A program made the translations under genes and the position numbers. From Candidatus Adlerbacteria bacterium (GTDB taxonomy: Bacteria > Patescibacteriota > Minisyncoccia > Phycocordibacterales > SBAW01): a stretch of DNA of 64,000 nucleotides. The notes beneath the pieces are model-generated. The model was not told the DNA's origin, ran no database searches, and worked only from the letters and a program-made list of their open reading frames with translations. Positions 19,717 to 30,198 of this stretch are shown piece by piece. The stretch lies in the NCBI GenBank assembly GCA_903851045.1, contig CAINNF010000018.1, positions 3,925 through 67,924 on the forward strand, written 5' to 3'. Every line of letters begins with the position of its first letter. The stretch's first letter is position 1.

Positions 19717-20004
19717 ATGCAAGTGTTAAAGGCGGGTCGCAAACAGCGCGGCCAAGCAATCAAACTGACCTGCACTGGGAAAGGCAACGGTGGTGGCGGA
19801 TGCGGAGCGAAGCTCCTTGTGGGCCAATATGATCTGTACAACACACACAGTTCGCACTATGACGGCAGCACGGAGTCGTACATCACGTTCTGCTGCCCAG
19901 AGTGCGGCACCGAGACCGATGTCGAGCGGACCGGATTCGATATCCGCGGCACTCGTCCCTCGGCCAACGAACGTGCGCGCATGGGGCACGAGCCATCCTC
20001 ATAA
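19717..20004 (+). CDS. hypothetical zinc-ribbon protein
   Basis: Start at MQVLKAG after GGAGTGAG RBS; CTGKGNGGGGCG...CCPECG. Confidence 0.4.
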   Translation: MQVLKAGRKQRGQAIKLTCTGKGNGGGGCGAKLLVGQYDLYNTHSSHYDGSTESYITFCCPECGTETDVERTGFDIRGTRPSANERARMGHEPSS

Positions 20005-20584
20005 TCGAGTCTGAGGTCCGCGTTCACCTCGCTAAGCTCACCTTCGACCATAGACGCATATTGACTGCCGGGCACCATCACACGATGGTGCCCTTTCTTG
20101 TGTTGATAAGCGGCACAGGCTACTCCCGTGTGGGGAAGCCCGGTCACGCTGCTAGCTGTCGCGCTTCCTTTGTCGTCTGTGTACGGACAGTCTCAGGAGC
20201 ATACAAGTTCCCATCATGAGCCAACATCATGAGAAGCGTTTGAACGTGAAGATATTTAGTCAGTTGTTCGGGAGTGAGCGGCGCCTTCTCCGAAGAAGCG
20301 GGGCGTGTTGACGCCTGAGTTCTCGAACGAATCCCAAATCGTTCTATATTCATATCGTGTAATTATACAAGAATTAGCACAGTCGAAAACCGTCAATCTC
20401 CACCCACGGCAGTCACACACACGTATGGCAATAGTTCAACCCTTCGCGGGTCACAAACATTCTTTTTGCGGAGAGGGTCGGTCTAGAACCAACCCGCTCC
20501 AAGCAGTATAAGGCTTTTTGAGCGACTTTTCCATGCGCCAAAATTAGGGGGAACGGTCGGGGTCTGAGAAATCACGCGTTACAA

Positions 20585-20809
20585 ATGTTACAACTTTTTA
20601 CGTACGTTTTTCGATATAATAAAGGCATGTTGAGTAAGAAGGCCAAAGACGATTTCAAGAAGATCATCAAGAAAGATTACGGGGCCGATCTGACAGACGA
20701 TCAGGCCGAAGAGCTTGGTGTCAGTCTCCTCCGCCTCACCCGGGTCGGCCTTTCAGCTCTAGCAAGAAGCCATGACAAAAAAGAAAAAGATAAAAAGAAA
20801 GCTGACTGA
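20585..20809 (+). CDS. hypothetical small basic protein
   Basis: ORF only; Lys-rich C-terminus. Confidence 0.3.
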   Translation: MLQLFTYVFRYNKGMLSKKAKDDFKKIIKKDYGADLTDDQAEELGVSLLRLTRVGLSALARSHDKKEKDKKKAD

Positions 20810-21224
20810 GGTAGAGGAAAAACAAGTCGACTATTTCGTTGATCGACTGGCCAACATTTTACTTATGCAAGTTGAGCAAGAAGCCCTCGAGAAGGCAGAA
20901 AAATCGAAACCCAAAAAGAAAACTGTGGATAAGTGAAAACCCTTATTACAAGCCACGATTTTAACTTTTTGTTGTTAACTCTTGTCAGGGCTTGAGAGGA
21001 AATGACAGGAAGTGACTTTGCAATGCATTTTTAGCGTTGCTACGATTAGGGCACGCAGGAATCTCACGGGGCATCCCCACGGAGAGGGTTCTGCAACAAA
21101 CAAATAAAGGACCCATCCAAGGGACCTAGAGCAACAACGTAACGTCTCGATACGCATCCCGTATCAAGGCGCTGCAAGGTTTTGCCTGGGTCCCTTTTGT
21201 ATTAATAGTTAGCAATTAATAACC

Positions 21225-22562
21225 ATGACCAAAAACAATCTCAAGATTGAGTACGTCCCTATCGACTCACTCCATCACGTGGAATACAACCCACGTATTA
21301 TCAACGACAGTACTAAAGCAGCCGTGCGGAAAAGCATCGAGATTCACGGGATGCAAGATCCGCTCATCGTAAACAATGCCCCCGAACGCATGGGCGGTAT
21401 CATCGGCGGCAACCTCCGCTATGAAGTGCTCAAGGACCTCGGATATACCGAGGTGCCAGTAGTCTTCGTTACCATCCCAGACATAGAGCGCGAAAAAGAT
21501 CTGTGTCTCAGGTTAAACCATGCAGTCGGAGAATGGAGCACTGATCTCCTCGCTGACTTCAGTGAAGCATTCCTCACAGATATTGGATTCTCTAGCGAGG
21601 AGATCGACAACATCTTCCCTGATGAAGATAATCCGACCCCGTTTGATCTCAAGAAGGAGTTGGAGAAACTCAACATCTCGAACATCTCTGTTAAAAAGGG
21701 TGACGTGTATGACCTCGATGGCTCCCGACTCATGTGTGGCGACTCAACCGTTGAGTCGGATATGCTCACACTCTTCGGTGAGTACCGAGCAGACATGTGC
21801 ATGACTGATCCTCCGTACATCCTCGACTATCTCCATGGGAAGAAACGTAACGGTAAAGCCACCGAAGGGTTCGGCCTCAGGCGTGACCGCAAATATCTCG
21901 AGACTGACGAATTGCCAGATAACTTCACCGACCTATGGATGGCGAATGTCGCAAAGATTCAGAAACCTGACTTTTCGATCATTGTGTACGAGAACCCCAA
22001 GAACCTGCGCACCATCTGGAACGCGCTTGAGGTGCACTGGAAGTATCGCAATACAATCGTTTGGACTATTCCGAACCGCGTGCAAAACTTCTCCGCTAAA
22101 TATAAGTTCTTCAACAAGCACGACATCGCGCTCGTGGGAACCTCGGGAGAGATTGCACTGCACACTGAGCCTGAAGATGAACCACTCTTCCAAAATGAGT
22201 ACGAGTCAGCGCTGTTTGCCACTGCGGGTAAGCCCCACTGGGAGTCGTATGGTAAAGACAAGAAGTACTGCCCAACTGACGTAATTGATCATATCGCTGC
22301 CGATGAGAAATCGTCGGGCCAAGGCATTATCTTCGGTACAAAACCCCTCCCGATACTCATTCCGTACATCAAGGTACTGACGAAGCGTGGAGATATTGTT
22401 GTTGAACCATTCGGCGGGAGTGGGTCGACTCTCATTGCCGCAAATACCATCGGACGTCGCTGCTTCCTCATGGAGAAAGTCCCGACCTATGCCGAGGTCA
22501 TCCTCAACCGCTGGGAAAAGTTCTCAGGCAAGAAGCGGGTGAAGATTCATGCACAAGCGTGA
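21225..22562 (+). CDS. ParB-like nuclease domain fused to N6-adenine/N4-cytosine DNA methyltransferase
   Basis: N-terminal ParB motif (EYNPRIIND..LIVNN..GNLRYEVLKDLGYTEVPVVFV); MTase motif IV DPPY (MCMTDPPYILDY) and motif I EPFGGSGST. Confidence 0.8.
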   Translation: MTKNNLKIEYVPIDSLHHVEYNPRIINDSTKAAVRKSIEIHGMQDPLIVNNAPERMGGIIGGNLRYEVLKDLGYTEVPVVFVTIPDIEREKDLCLRLNHAVGEWSTDLLADFSEAFLTDIGFSSEEIDNIFPDEDNPTPFDLKKELEKLNISNISVKKGDVYDLDGSRLMCGDSTVESDMLTLFGEYRADMCMTDPPYILDYLHGKKRNGKATEGFGLRRDRKYLETDELPDNFTDLWMANVAKIQKPDFSIIVYENPKNLRTIWNALEVHWKYRNTIVWTIPNRVQNFSAKYKFFNKHDIALVGTSGEIALHTEPEDEPLFQNEYESALFATAGKPHWESYGKDKKYCPTDVIDHIAADEKSSGQGIIFGTKPLPILIPYIKVLTKRGDIVVEPFGGSGSTLIAANTIGRRCFLMEKVPTYAEVILNRWEKFSGKKRVKIHAQA

Positions 22563-23061
22563 TCAGGAATCCATACTGATTAGCACCCTCGCCGAGGGTC
22601 ACACCATTACCGCCGCATGCAAGCGCGCGGGTGTCTCTCGTATGTTCTACGATCGACACTACAAGAGCGACCGTAACTTCCGTAAACAGGTCGATGAAGC
22701 CCGGTCTGTTGGTATGCATTCCAACGAAGATCTTGTGAGTACCATGCACATGAAAAAAGTGCGGGATGGTCATTGGCCTGCAATTCGGTACGCAATTGAT
22801 AAGAAGACAACTATGGAAAAAGAAGAGAAAGAGGACCGACGAGATCCAAATAGCGTACACATTTCTCCTGGCGATATTCGATTCCTGATTGATGCACTTC
22901 CAGAACCATTAAAATCGCGCAACTACATCAGACTGCGAGAGATCCTTGATGATTCCAGCGCCGCCCAGCAAGCAGGACAGCTTATAGACCCTCGTGTCAG
23001 GGCGGAGATGAAAGTAGCAAAGCCACCACCTGAAAAGCCGATCCAAATAGATGACCTCTAG
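22549..23061 (+). CDS. HTH-domain protein (possible terminase small-subunit-like/phage regulatory)
   Basis: N-terminal HTH ILISTLAEGHTITAACKRAGVSRMFYDRH; overlaps upstream stop by 14 nt. Confidence 0.4.
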   Translation: MHKRDQESILISTLAEGHTITAACKRAGVSRMFYDRHYKSDRNFRKQVDEARSVGMHSNEDLVSTMHMKKVRDGHWPAIRYAIDKKTTMEKEEKEDRRDPNSVHISPGDIRFLIDALPEPLKSRNYIRLREILDDSSAAQQAGQLIDPRVRAEMKVAKPPPEKPIQIDDL

Positions 23062-23267
23062 CGCTTCTTCAGATGCTTGGTGAATAAGGTCAGCTGGTTA
23101 GGGGGTGGCAGCGTCTTCTTTCGACCTCTCCATAAGCCAGTACACGGAAGTATTTTGTTGAGATAGTGCCAGACACGATACACCTCGGTGACAGACACAT
23201 CGTCACCAGTGGTCTCTTTGATTATTTCCTTCAGCTTCTGTGCGTTCTTAAGCGAAGGAAAAGTCAT
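23058..23267 (-). CDS. hypothetical small protein
   Basis: ORF only. Confidence 0.25.
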   Translation of the reverse strand: MTFPSLKNAQKLKEIIKETTGDDVSVTEVYRVWHYLNKILPCTGLWRGRKKTLPPPNQLTLFTKHLKKR

Positions 23268-23269
23268 GG

Positions 23270-23869
23270 CTATTGAGTTAACTGCGCGAGATCTTTATGT
23301 ACTTGAGCAAGATCAGTTGTGACCTTTTGCTCTGCGGCTTTAAGTTGTGCGGATGACACTTTGCTTATCTGCCAATTAATCGCAACTGAAGCCCACGCGC
23401 AGATATCACTGGCCGCTGTGTTGGTGTCGTAATTCCAGTCGTCGAGAGTACTTGGCGATTGCACGTGTGCCGAGGAGTACATATCCGAGACTGTGCGGTA
23501 TGCATCCATAGCATTTGCCGATGGATCGTTTTTTAGGCAGGTGTTAGTGCGGAATGCGCCAAATTTACTTGCTGCTGAATTTTGATCTTGTAGTGCAGAC
23601 AATCCAGCAGTTGCATTCGGATACTGAGTAGATCCGAGCGTATTTTTGCCTATCGCGAAAAGCTGGGAATAGTAGTCCGTACTCGCGACAAGTGTGGCCT
23701 CAACTTTTTTGGTATCTAAAGTAGCAGAAGACGTTGATGCAACAGGCTCAGGCTGTGTTGCGACAACTGTTTGTGTTTGCTGTGGTGGCAGATTATTTCC
23801 AATGAATAATAACGATACGAATATGAGAGCAGCTACTCCGATAACGGAGTAGAGAACTTTTTTAGCCAT
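23270..23869 (-). CDS. secreted/membrane-anchored hypothetical protein
   Basis: N-terminal MAKKVLYSVIGVAALIFVSLLFIG signal anchor. Confidence 0.5.
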   Translation of the reverse strand: MAKKVLYSVIGVAALIFVSLLFIGNNLPPQQTQTVVATQPEPVASTSSATLDTKKVEATLVASTDYYSQLFAIGKNTLGSTQYPNATAGLSALQDQNSAASKFGAFRTNTCLKNDPSANAMDAYRTVSDMYSSAHVQSPSTLDDWNYDTNTAASDICAWASVAINWQISKVSSAQLKAAEQKVTTDLAQVHKDLAQLTQ

Positions 23870-24251
23870 AAATTCTACTAGGATTTATACGGCAGAGCCC
23901 GATGAGGTAATCAAAAGGCTCCCAGCCATTGCGATAGCGCCTTTCGGCAACTACCCATACCCGTTTCCAGATATGACCTAGTAGAGTGACTCTGACTGGG
24001 AGTCCTTTGATCTCTACTAGGTTTTGCAACCATATCCTGAGAATTTGACTTCTTAGGGGTTAGGTCGGCTTGTATTCAATTGTTTGTACCAAGGGGTACA
24101 AGAACAATGATAACATTTTGAGTTATCACTTGGCCACCTTAGCTTAGCTTTGGAGGCTTGCGAAGGAGGTTACCAACAGAGATATGCGCCATCTCTGGCC
24201 TCAATTTGAGCTCACTAATCTATGCGAATGTTTTACTCCCACGAGTGAGTA

Positions 24252-24491
24252 TTATTGTAAGTCTTTCTTTTTCTCCTCAAACTCCTTTTTATCTATCTCA
24301 CCTTTAGCGTAGCGCTCTTTGAGAATATCGAGTGCTGTACCGCGCCCCAACAAACCGCACCACGATCCGCCGTGGCGGTGATGACGCACGATAGACACAA
24401 TGATCCAGATTATCAACACTAAAAACAATAGATCGAAGAGCCCACCGAAGAGACCTAGACCCCATGAATGATGTTCATAACCATAATGCAT
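24252..24491 (-). CDS. SHOCT-domain membrane protein
   Basis: Start at MHYGYEHH; TM helix then C-terminal ALDILKERYAKGEIDKKEFEEKKKDL (SHOCT). Confidence 0.5.
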   Translation of the reverse strand: MHYGYEHHSWGLGLFGGLFDLLFLVLIIWIIVSIVRHHRHGGSWCGLLGRGTALDILKERYAKGEIDKKEFEEKKKDLQ

Positions 24492-24519
24492 ATGCGTAAA
24501 TATATTACGAAATGATAAT

Positions 24520-24702
24520 TTATTGGGACGATGTATTGTCAGTTGGAGCGACCGTCTGCGTCGACGTGCCTCCGCCTTGCATGAACCAATAGATGCCGCC
24601 CAACACAATGACCACGATTACGACGATGGCTATGATGGTTGATGTCTTCATAACGTTTTTCAAATTACTTATAGTTGTTAATAGAGTGAACAAAACATTC
24701 AT
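24520..24702 (-). CDS. small single-pass membrane protein
   Basis: IIAIVVIVVIVLGGIYWF TM; stop/start abuts upstream gene. Confidence 0.35.
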   Translation of the reverse strand: MNVLFTLLTTISNLKNVMKTSTIIAIVVIVVIVLGGIYWFMQGGGTSTQTVAPTDNTSSQ

Positions 24703-26963
24703 TGATTGAGCGCTGCTCGCGTTGTGGGGCCGACATACCCAACTCGGCTTATACCATGCGCTCCCTGGAATTGATCAACCGCCGCCTGCGTGAGGGAACC
24801 GAAGTATCCGGTGATTGGGCCAGAATATACGCCGAGAGTAGTAAGCCGTTTCTGCAATTCTGTGACATCGTTTCCAGTCGAACCGACGCTAAGGAAATTA
24901 TTGAAGACAAAGCCGTCGTCAGCCGTAGTGGTGGTTGTACTACTGCTTTGCGCGCTATTAAGCGCCGCCCTCGTTGCCGGACCCACGACTCCCAGCTGCT
25001 GAATACCATGCGCGGCTTGAAATGCTACGACAGCAGCTTCAGTGAGAGAACCGTAATAGCCGGTTGCTGCTGCAGACAAATATCCATCTTTAATTAATAT
25101 ATTCTGGAGCGCAGTTACTTCACTACTTGTGAGCCCCGGATAAAGATAGTCGGTAATGACCGCGGAGGAAGACGTGGTTGTGACATTCTGCGACCCTGCG
25201 GCGACCACAAGAGTGGTTTGCGCGCTCGCAAGGTGGCTGTATGGATCAGTTGCCGTGACGGTTATTGTATGAGTTCCTGCGTCTGCATTGGTCGGTGTCC
25301 AAGAGAAATACCCCGACGAGTTGATGTCCGCATTCGTAATGCTTGAGCCGCCGAAAGAATCCTGCAAGGTATAGGAGGGCGAAGTAAAACCGTAAGCATA
25401 CGAGCTGAAGACGACCGTCGTGCCCGGCGCGACAGAAGAACTCGGCGTTGGAGCGGTGAGCGCCACCGAAACCCCGGAATTGACGCTTACGGTAATCGAG
25501 GTGTTGGCGCTATGCCCCGCGCTGTCGGTCGCATAGACGGTAATAATGTGCGATCCGGATTGATTGGTCGCAGGAGTCCATGTGAAATATCCTGACGCAT
25601 TGATGTTCGAGTTGGTAATCGTCGTACCGCTGAAAGAATCGCTAAGCGTGTAGGTTGGATTTACGAAACCAGCTTGCGACATGGTGAACGAGAGCGGGCT
25701 ATTGGGCGCGACAACCGTGCCTGGCGTGATTGAGGTAATGGTGATGTTTGGAGTCTGTACGGTAAGTGCGAGCGTGGTATTGCCGCTATGTCCCGAAGGA
25801 TCATTTACGTAGATAGTTAAGTTGTGTGTGCCGACTTGGCTTGAGTCTGGCGTCCATGTGAAGTAGCCGGCGGTATTGATGCTGGAATTGGAAATATTGC
25901 TGCCACCGAAGGAATCAGAAATGCTGAATACGGGGCTGGAGAAGCCCGAAGCCGCTACCGTAAAGGTGACGGGATTGCCGACGACTACCGTGGAGCCCGG
26001 CGAAAGTCCTTGAATAGACGCACCCGAGCCTCCAACAGTAATTGTTTGGCTTGCCGTCGCCGTGTGACCGGAACCATCGGACGCTGTCACGGTAATGGCA
26101 TGCGTGCCGACATCGCTGCTCGAAGGCATCCAAGAAAGGTTGCCTGATGAATTTATATTATTGCTTGAAAGAGTCGTCCCACTGAATGAGTCGCTTATCG
26201 AATATGAAGGACTCGAAAAACCCGAAGCCGCGGCTGTAAGAGTAAGCGTCTGTCCCACGTTAACACTTGAGCCTGGGGATAGGGACTGAATGACAAGCGT
26301 GGGCGCGGCACTTACAGTTATTTGTTCGGTCACGCTCGCGCTGTTCTGCGCATCATGCACCGTGACTGTTATGGTGTGCGTTCCTGCATCTTGTGTTGCC
26401 GGAACCCAGCTGAAGTTGCCCGATGAGTTGATATCTCCATTGACCACGGTCGAGCCGCTAAGGGAATCGTTCACGGAGTAGGTCGGGTTGGTAAAGCCCG
26501 ATGCCGCAACCGTAAAGGAAACCGTTTGCCCGATGGTAACTGCGGAGCTCGGCGAAAGGGATTGGATCGATACCGATGGCGCAGCGCTCACGGTCAGTGT
26601 TTCGGTCGTCGTAGCGCTATCGCCTGAAGAATCATTGACGGCAATGGAAAGATTGTGCGTACCGACATCATTCGAGTTCGGCGTCCATGAAAAGTTCCCG
26701 GACGAATTGATGTTTCCGCTGCCGACGCTGCTGCCGGATACCGAGTCGCTGATGCTGTAGATAGGGTTGGAAAAACCGGAGTTCGACACAGTAAACGAAA
26801 CATTAGTACCGACTGTGACACTAGTACTTGGAGAAAGAGACTGGATTGAAACGGAAACGCTCGCGTATGCAAACGCGAGCGGTACCGTCAAGAATCCCAG
26901 CGCAAACAGAACTTGTGCGAAGCGTTGTACCATTGTGTGCGAAGATTTCATGATGCTATCCAT
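24699..26963 (-). CDS. large secreted surface protein: ~8 tandem ~90-aa Ig-like repeats + two C-terminal peptidoglycan-binding domains
   Basis: Repeats of SIQSLSPS..VGQTVSFTVAASGF..PTYS..DS.SGSTV..INSSGNFSWTP...GTHTITV; C-terminal LTEAAVVAFQAAHGIQQLGVVGPATRAALN twice (PG_binding_1-like). Confidence 0.7.
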   Translation of the reverse strand: MDSIMKSSHTMVQRFAQVLFALGFLTVPLAFAYASVSVSIQSLSPSTSVTVGTNVSFTVSNSGFSNPIYSISDSVSGSSVGSGNINSSGNFSWTPNSNDVGTHNLSIAVNDSSGDSATTTETLTVSAAPSVSIQSLSPSSAVTIGQTVSFTVAASGFTNPTYSVNDSLSGSTVVNGDINSSGNFSWVPATQDAGTHTITVTVHDAQNSASVTEQITVSAAPTLVIQSLSPGSSVNVGQTLTLTAAASGFSSPSYSISDSFSGTTLSSNNINSSGNLSWMPSSSDVGTHAITVTASDGSGHTATASQTITVGGSGASIQGLSPGSTVVVGNPVTFTVAASGFSSPVFSISDSFGGSNISNSSINTAGYFTWTPDSSQVGTHNLTIYVNDPSGHSGNTTLALTVQTPNITITSITPGTVVAPNSPLSFTMSQAGFVNPTYTLSDSFSGTTITNSNINASGYFTWTPATNQSGSHIITVYATDSAGHSANTSITVSVNSGVSVALTAPTPSSSVAPGTTVVFSSYAYGFTSPSYTLQDSFGGSSITNADINSSGYFSWTPTNADAGTHTITVTATDPYSHLASAQTTLVVAAGSQNVTTTSSSAVITDYLYPGLTSSEVTALQNILIKDGYLSAAATGYYGSLTEAAVVAFQAAHGIQQLGVVGPATRAALNSAQSSSTTTTTADDGFVFNNFLSVGSTGNDVTELQKRLTTLGVYSGPITGYFGSLTQAAVDQFQGAHGISRVGYVGPTTRAALNQ

Positions 26964-26974
26964 TGGGCCTTGGT

Positions 26975-27985
26975 TTAGAAGAACCCAAAGAGGTTGTGGA
27001 AGAAGTTACCGATGCCACCAAAGAATCCCATGCCGCCTGTATGAGGTTGCGCAGTGTTCGTGGATGACTGTACTGGAGGAGTTCCGCTATCCATCACAGA
27101 CGACGCGGTGACTGATGTGCCGTTGGTTGTGCCTTGCACCACAACGTTATCGCCAACAACCACATTCGAGATCGAAGAAGCCGCGTTGCCTTTCTCTACG
27201 GTTGCATTTGTCGCGTCCACGGTGTAGGTAACATTGCTCTTGTTGGTTACGGTGAGAATTGAACCGTTTACTGCAGTGACATTACCGCCGATGACTGGCT
27301 GACCGTTACCTTGGATGACAGGCGTCGCATTTTGGTCCGTGCCCTGCCCCTGACCTACGCCATCACGGATCGTTGTAGCGGTGACAGAGGTGCCACTCAC
27401 GGTGCCCGCAACCATCACCGTATCTCCGACCGCGATGTTAGAGACCGATGAGCTTGAGCCGCCCTTCGTGACTGTCGCGTTGGTCGCATCGACCGTGTAA
27501 GTAGTACCTGTGCTACCACCCGGACCCATTTTAGATGTGACCGTAAGCGTATTCCCACTTACTGAAGCAACCGTACCGAAGACACCTGGTGATCGTGTGC
27601 CCATGTTGCCAACTCCGCCGCGGCCGCCCATCGCTCCATCACGAATGGTTGTTGCGGTAACAGATGTGCCGCTTACCGTACCCTGTGCTGAAATCATGTC
27701 GCCGACGGCAATATCGCCAAGTGACGATGCCTCACCATTTTTAGTGACCGTAGCGTTTGTCCCATCAACACTGTAAGTGGTGGGAGTTGCATTCTGACCG
27801 TAGCCATTGCTGGTGACAGTGAGAATGTCGCCGTTTATCGCAGAGACTGTGCCGCGCACGCCGGGAGTATGTGCGCCCCCGAAGCCAGGACCAGCCGCAA
27901 ATGCGGTGCCGCTGACAAGGAGAGAGCCGAGCAATACTGAACCTGCGACGATGTATCCTATCCTGCTTTCAATTTTGTTTTTCAT
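26975..27985 (-). CDS. secreted protein with three ~100-aa internal repeats
   Basis: Signal peptide; repeated TVTS..G.G..TTYTVDATNATVTKGG.SSS...IAVGD.V...GTVSGTSVTATTIRDG. Confidence 0.55.
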   Translation of the reverse strand: MKNKIESRIGYIVAGSVLLGSLLVSGTAFAAGPGFGGAHTPGVRGTVSAINGDILTVTSNGYGQNATPTTYSVDGTNATVTKNGEASSLGDIAVGDMISAQGTVSGTSVTATTIRDGAMGGRGGVGNMGTRSPGVFGTVASVSGNTLTVTSKMGPGGSTGTTYTVDATNATVTKGGSSSSVSNIAVGDTVMVAGTVSGTSVTATTIRDGVGQGQGTDQNATPVIQGNGQPVIGGNVTAVNGSILTVTNKSNVTYTVDATNATVEKGNAASSISNVVVGDNVVVQGTTNGTSVTASSVMDSGTPPVQSSTNTAQPHTGGMGFFGGIGNFFHNLFGFF

Positions 27986-28127
27986 AGTAATTTAGATTAA
28001 TTTTTACAAGCTACTACTAACTAATACGGGAGAAAGGGGCAATTAGGTGCTCTTCACGTCCCTACAACTGTTAATACGCCCACGGGACAAAAAAACTTTC
28101 ATCCCCAATTCATTAAAAGCTGGCTGG

Positions 28128-28433
28128 CTAATGAATGATATTAAAAGCCATAGATACAACGGTTATGACAAGTAGAGTAATACCCGCCATAAAAGAGTAG
28201 TCTGCAATATCTCGATATCGGGCAACGCGGGAGGCATCGTGACGCATGGAAATATAGGAATAAATGATGCTTATTGAAAGAAGAACTGAGGAAACTGCGG
28301 CAACCTCGTCTAAAATTGTTGAATTTGCAACACCGCTTACCCGGAGCCCGGTAATGATTATCAGACAAACCCCAATAAGGTTTGCGGCCGATTGCAGTAT
28401 GTGTGACGTGGCTTCTTTTTTGTATTCGCTCAT
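28128..28433 (-). CDS. small polytopic membrane protein
   Basis: ORF with three hydrophobic segments. Confidence 0.35.
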   Translation of the reverse strand: MSEYKKEATSHILQSAANLIGVCLIIITGLRVSGVANSTILDEVAAVSSVLLSISIIYSYISMRHDASRVARYRDIADYSFMAGITLLVITVVSMAFNIIH

Positions 28434-28760
28434 ATTTTTATTTGTTAATACTGCTTGTAACTATCAGTTTTAGCAAAAGAGGCCCCTATTGGAGGTCTCT
28501 TTTGCAAAAGTTCATAGTGTTTTTTGTACCAATTGTTTTTGAGTAGAGAGTCGACGAACGCATGTGGGCCGTAAAGAGTATTGCTATCCAATCAAGCGAG
28601 TAAGTACCTAATTACAAACCGGCTTGGGGGTGCGACACTCGCGGGCAATATTGTAGTAACAATAAGTTCGCTCGAGTCCAACAGTTGCAAGTGGTTGATT
28701 ACTAGTAATGCCTCGACCTGCACTTACTACTACGCGAGCAAACAAAAATTCCTTTCAAAG

Positions 28761-29447
28761 CTACTGCTCCCAGTTATGCACTGAGCGTGCAATAAATACA
28801 CTCGTCGAAGATTCAAGCAAACCAAACATTCGTATTGTGGAACTTGCGACGGGGACAAACGAGCCTGTGGATGTTGCGACCCGAACCTTCCAAGTACGGC
28901 CGTTAAAGTCAGTAACAGAAAAATTGTTGTTATCCTGGATTGAAGTGATGACTCCAGCCAACCTTCCCACAACCGGACGGCTATATGCTTCTCCCGAATC
29001 CAGCACCAACGAATCGTAGAGCGGTATGGTATTCAAAAATTCATGAGTAATTTTCCCAACACCAAAGAAGTTGAGGATTGAGCCGAAAATAATACTCAGA
29101 ATCACACAACCCAAAACCATCACTCGTATCGGGTACCTGTATCCCTTCTTTGTGTGTTTAAGTCCGATTCGTGCAATTACTATGAATAACACGAGCGCAA
29201 TAATCCAAAGAAACGGTACCATCGCGAGAAAATCAATCACATCATGGGGCATCGCCCATAGACCGTGTTTATGGAAATCAACAAAAAGGTACAGCATCAC
29301 TCCAACGGAAAAACCACCAAGGAGTAGGGAGAGTGCGGCACACAGCCAGTAAAACACTCGCCATACGAGAAAGCGCCAACGCGGAATCGAAATAATCTGA
29401 TCCTTCTCAATCCGTCCCATTATTTTGTTTGATAGTTCTTCGCTCAT
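28761..29447 (-). CDS. putative anti-sigma factor (membrane protein co-transcribed after ECF sigma)
   Basis: Start overlaps sigma stop (ATGA); N-terminal cytoplasmic segment then multiple TM helices. Confidence 0.45.
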   Translation of the reverse strand: MSEELSNKIMGRIEKDQIISIPRWRFLVWRVFYWLCAALSLLLGGFSVGVMLYLFVDFHKHGLWAMPHDVIDFLAMVPFLWIIALVLFIVIARIGLKHTKKGYRYPIRVMVLGCVILSIIFGSILNFFGVGKITHEFLNTIPLYDSLVLDSGEAYSRPVVGRLAGVITSIQDNNNFSVTDFNGRTWKVRVATSTGSFVPVASSTIRMFGLLESSTSVFIARSVHNWEQ

Positions 29448-30028
29448 ATGGTTGTCATCCCTTTGGCTTCCAGCGCAGTTTTTAATTCTTTTTTCCCTCG
29501 GTTGATAAGTGTTGCAACGGTACCCTCCGGCATTTTTAAAATGTCGCTAATCTCAGTATAGCTTTTCTCTTCAAGAAAACGGAGAACAAAAACCTCCTTG
29601 TATTTTGGATCAAGCTCAGAAAGAAGACTCTGTACAAGACGGGCATCGTCTCGTTTATGAGTAAGTTCAACAAAATCAGTCTCATCTGCTAACTGCTCAA
29701 AAAACACGTCCGTGTCCTCTGCGCTTAAGTTTAGTACGCGGGGGCGGACTTTTTTCTTTCTAAGAAACGAAACGGTCTCATTATGAGCTATGCGATAGAG
29801 CCATGATGAAAACTTAAGGCCGGAATCATAGTCATTGAGATTAATAAATACCTTGATGAAAATCTCTTGTAGTACGTCGTCTACGTCACCGTCATCAATA
29901 CCTCCTAAACGTTTACAGTAGCGGCGGATAGGGGCCTCGTACCTATGAACAATCTCTGAAAAAGCCTGCTTATCGGTAAGAGCGGCAGCGACTAATTCTT
30001 GGTCTGTTTTTGTTGATTCTACATTCAT
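29444..30028 (-). CDS. ECF-family RNA polymerase sigma-70 factor
   Basis: Region 2 (VLQEIFIKVF...FSSWLYRIAHNETVSFLRKKK) and region 4 HTH (YTEISDILKMPEGTVATLINRGKKELK). Confidence 0.85.
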   Translation of the reverse strand: MNVESTKTDQELVAAALTDKQAFSEIVHRYEAPIRRYCKRLGGIDDGDVDDVLQEIFIKVFINLNDYDSGLKFSSWLYRIAHNETVSFLRKKKVRPRVLNLSAEDTDVFFEQLADETDFVELTHKRDDARLVQSLLSELDPKYKEVFVLRFLEEKSYTEISDILKMPEGTVATLINRGKKELKTALEAKGMTTI

Positions 30029-30198
30029 GTAACTAAAAGTCGATATCGAGGAGCCCTGGGAGCATAACTGGCTCTGGATACTTCTTGTCGCAGAAAGCTG
30101 ACTCCTCTTTATACTAGCAATCTTGACCTTTTCTTACCAACTTCGAGGGCATTCGGACGCTCTGGACTCCTTAAGGGGTCTGCGTCATCTCTTGAGGT

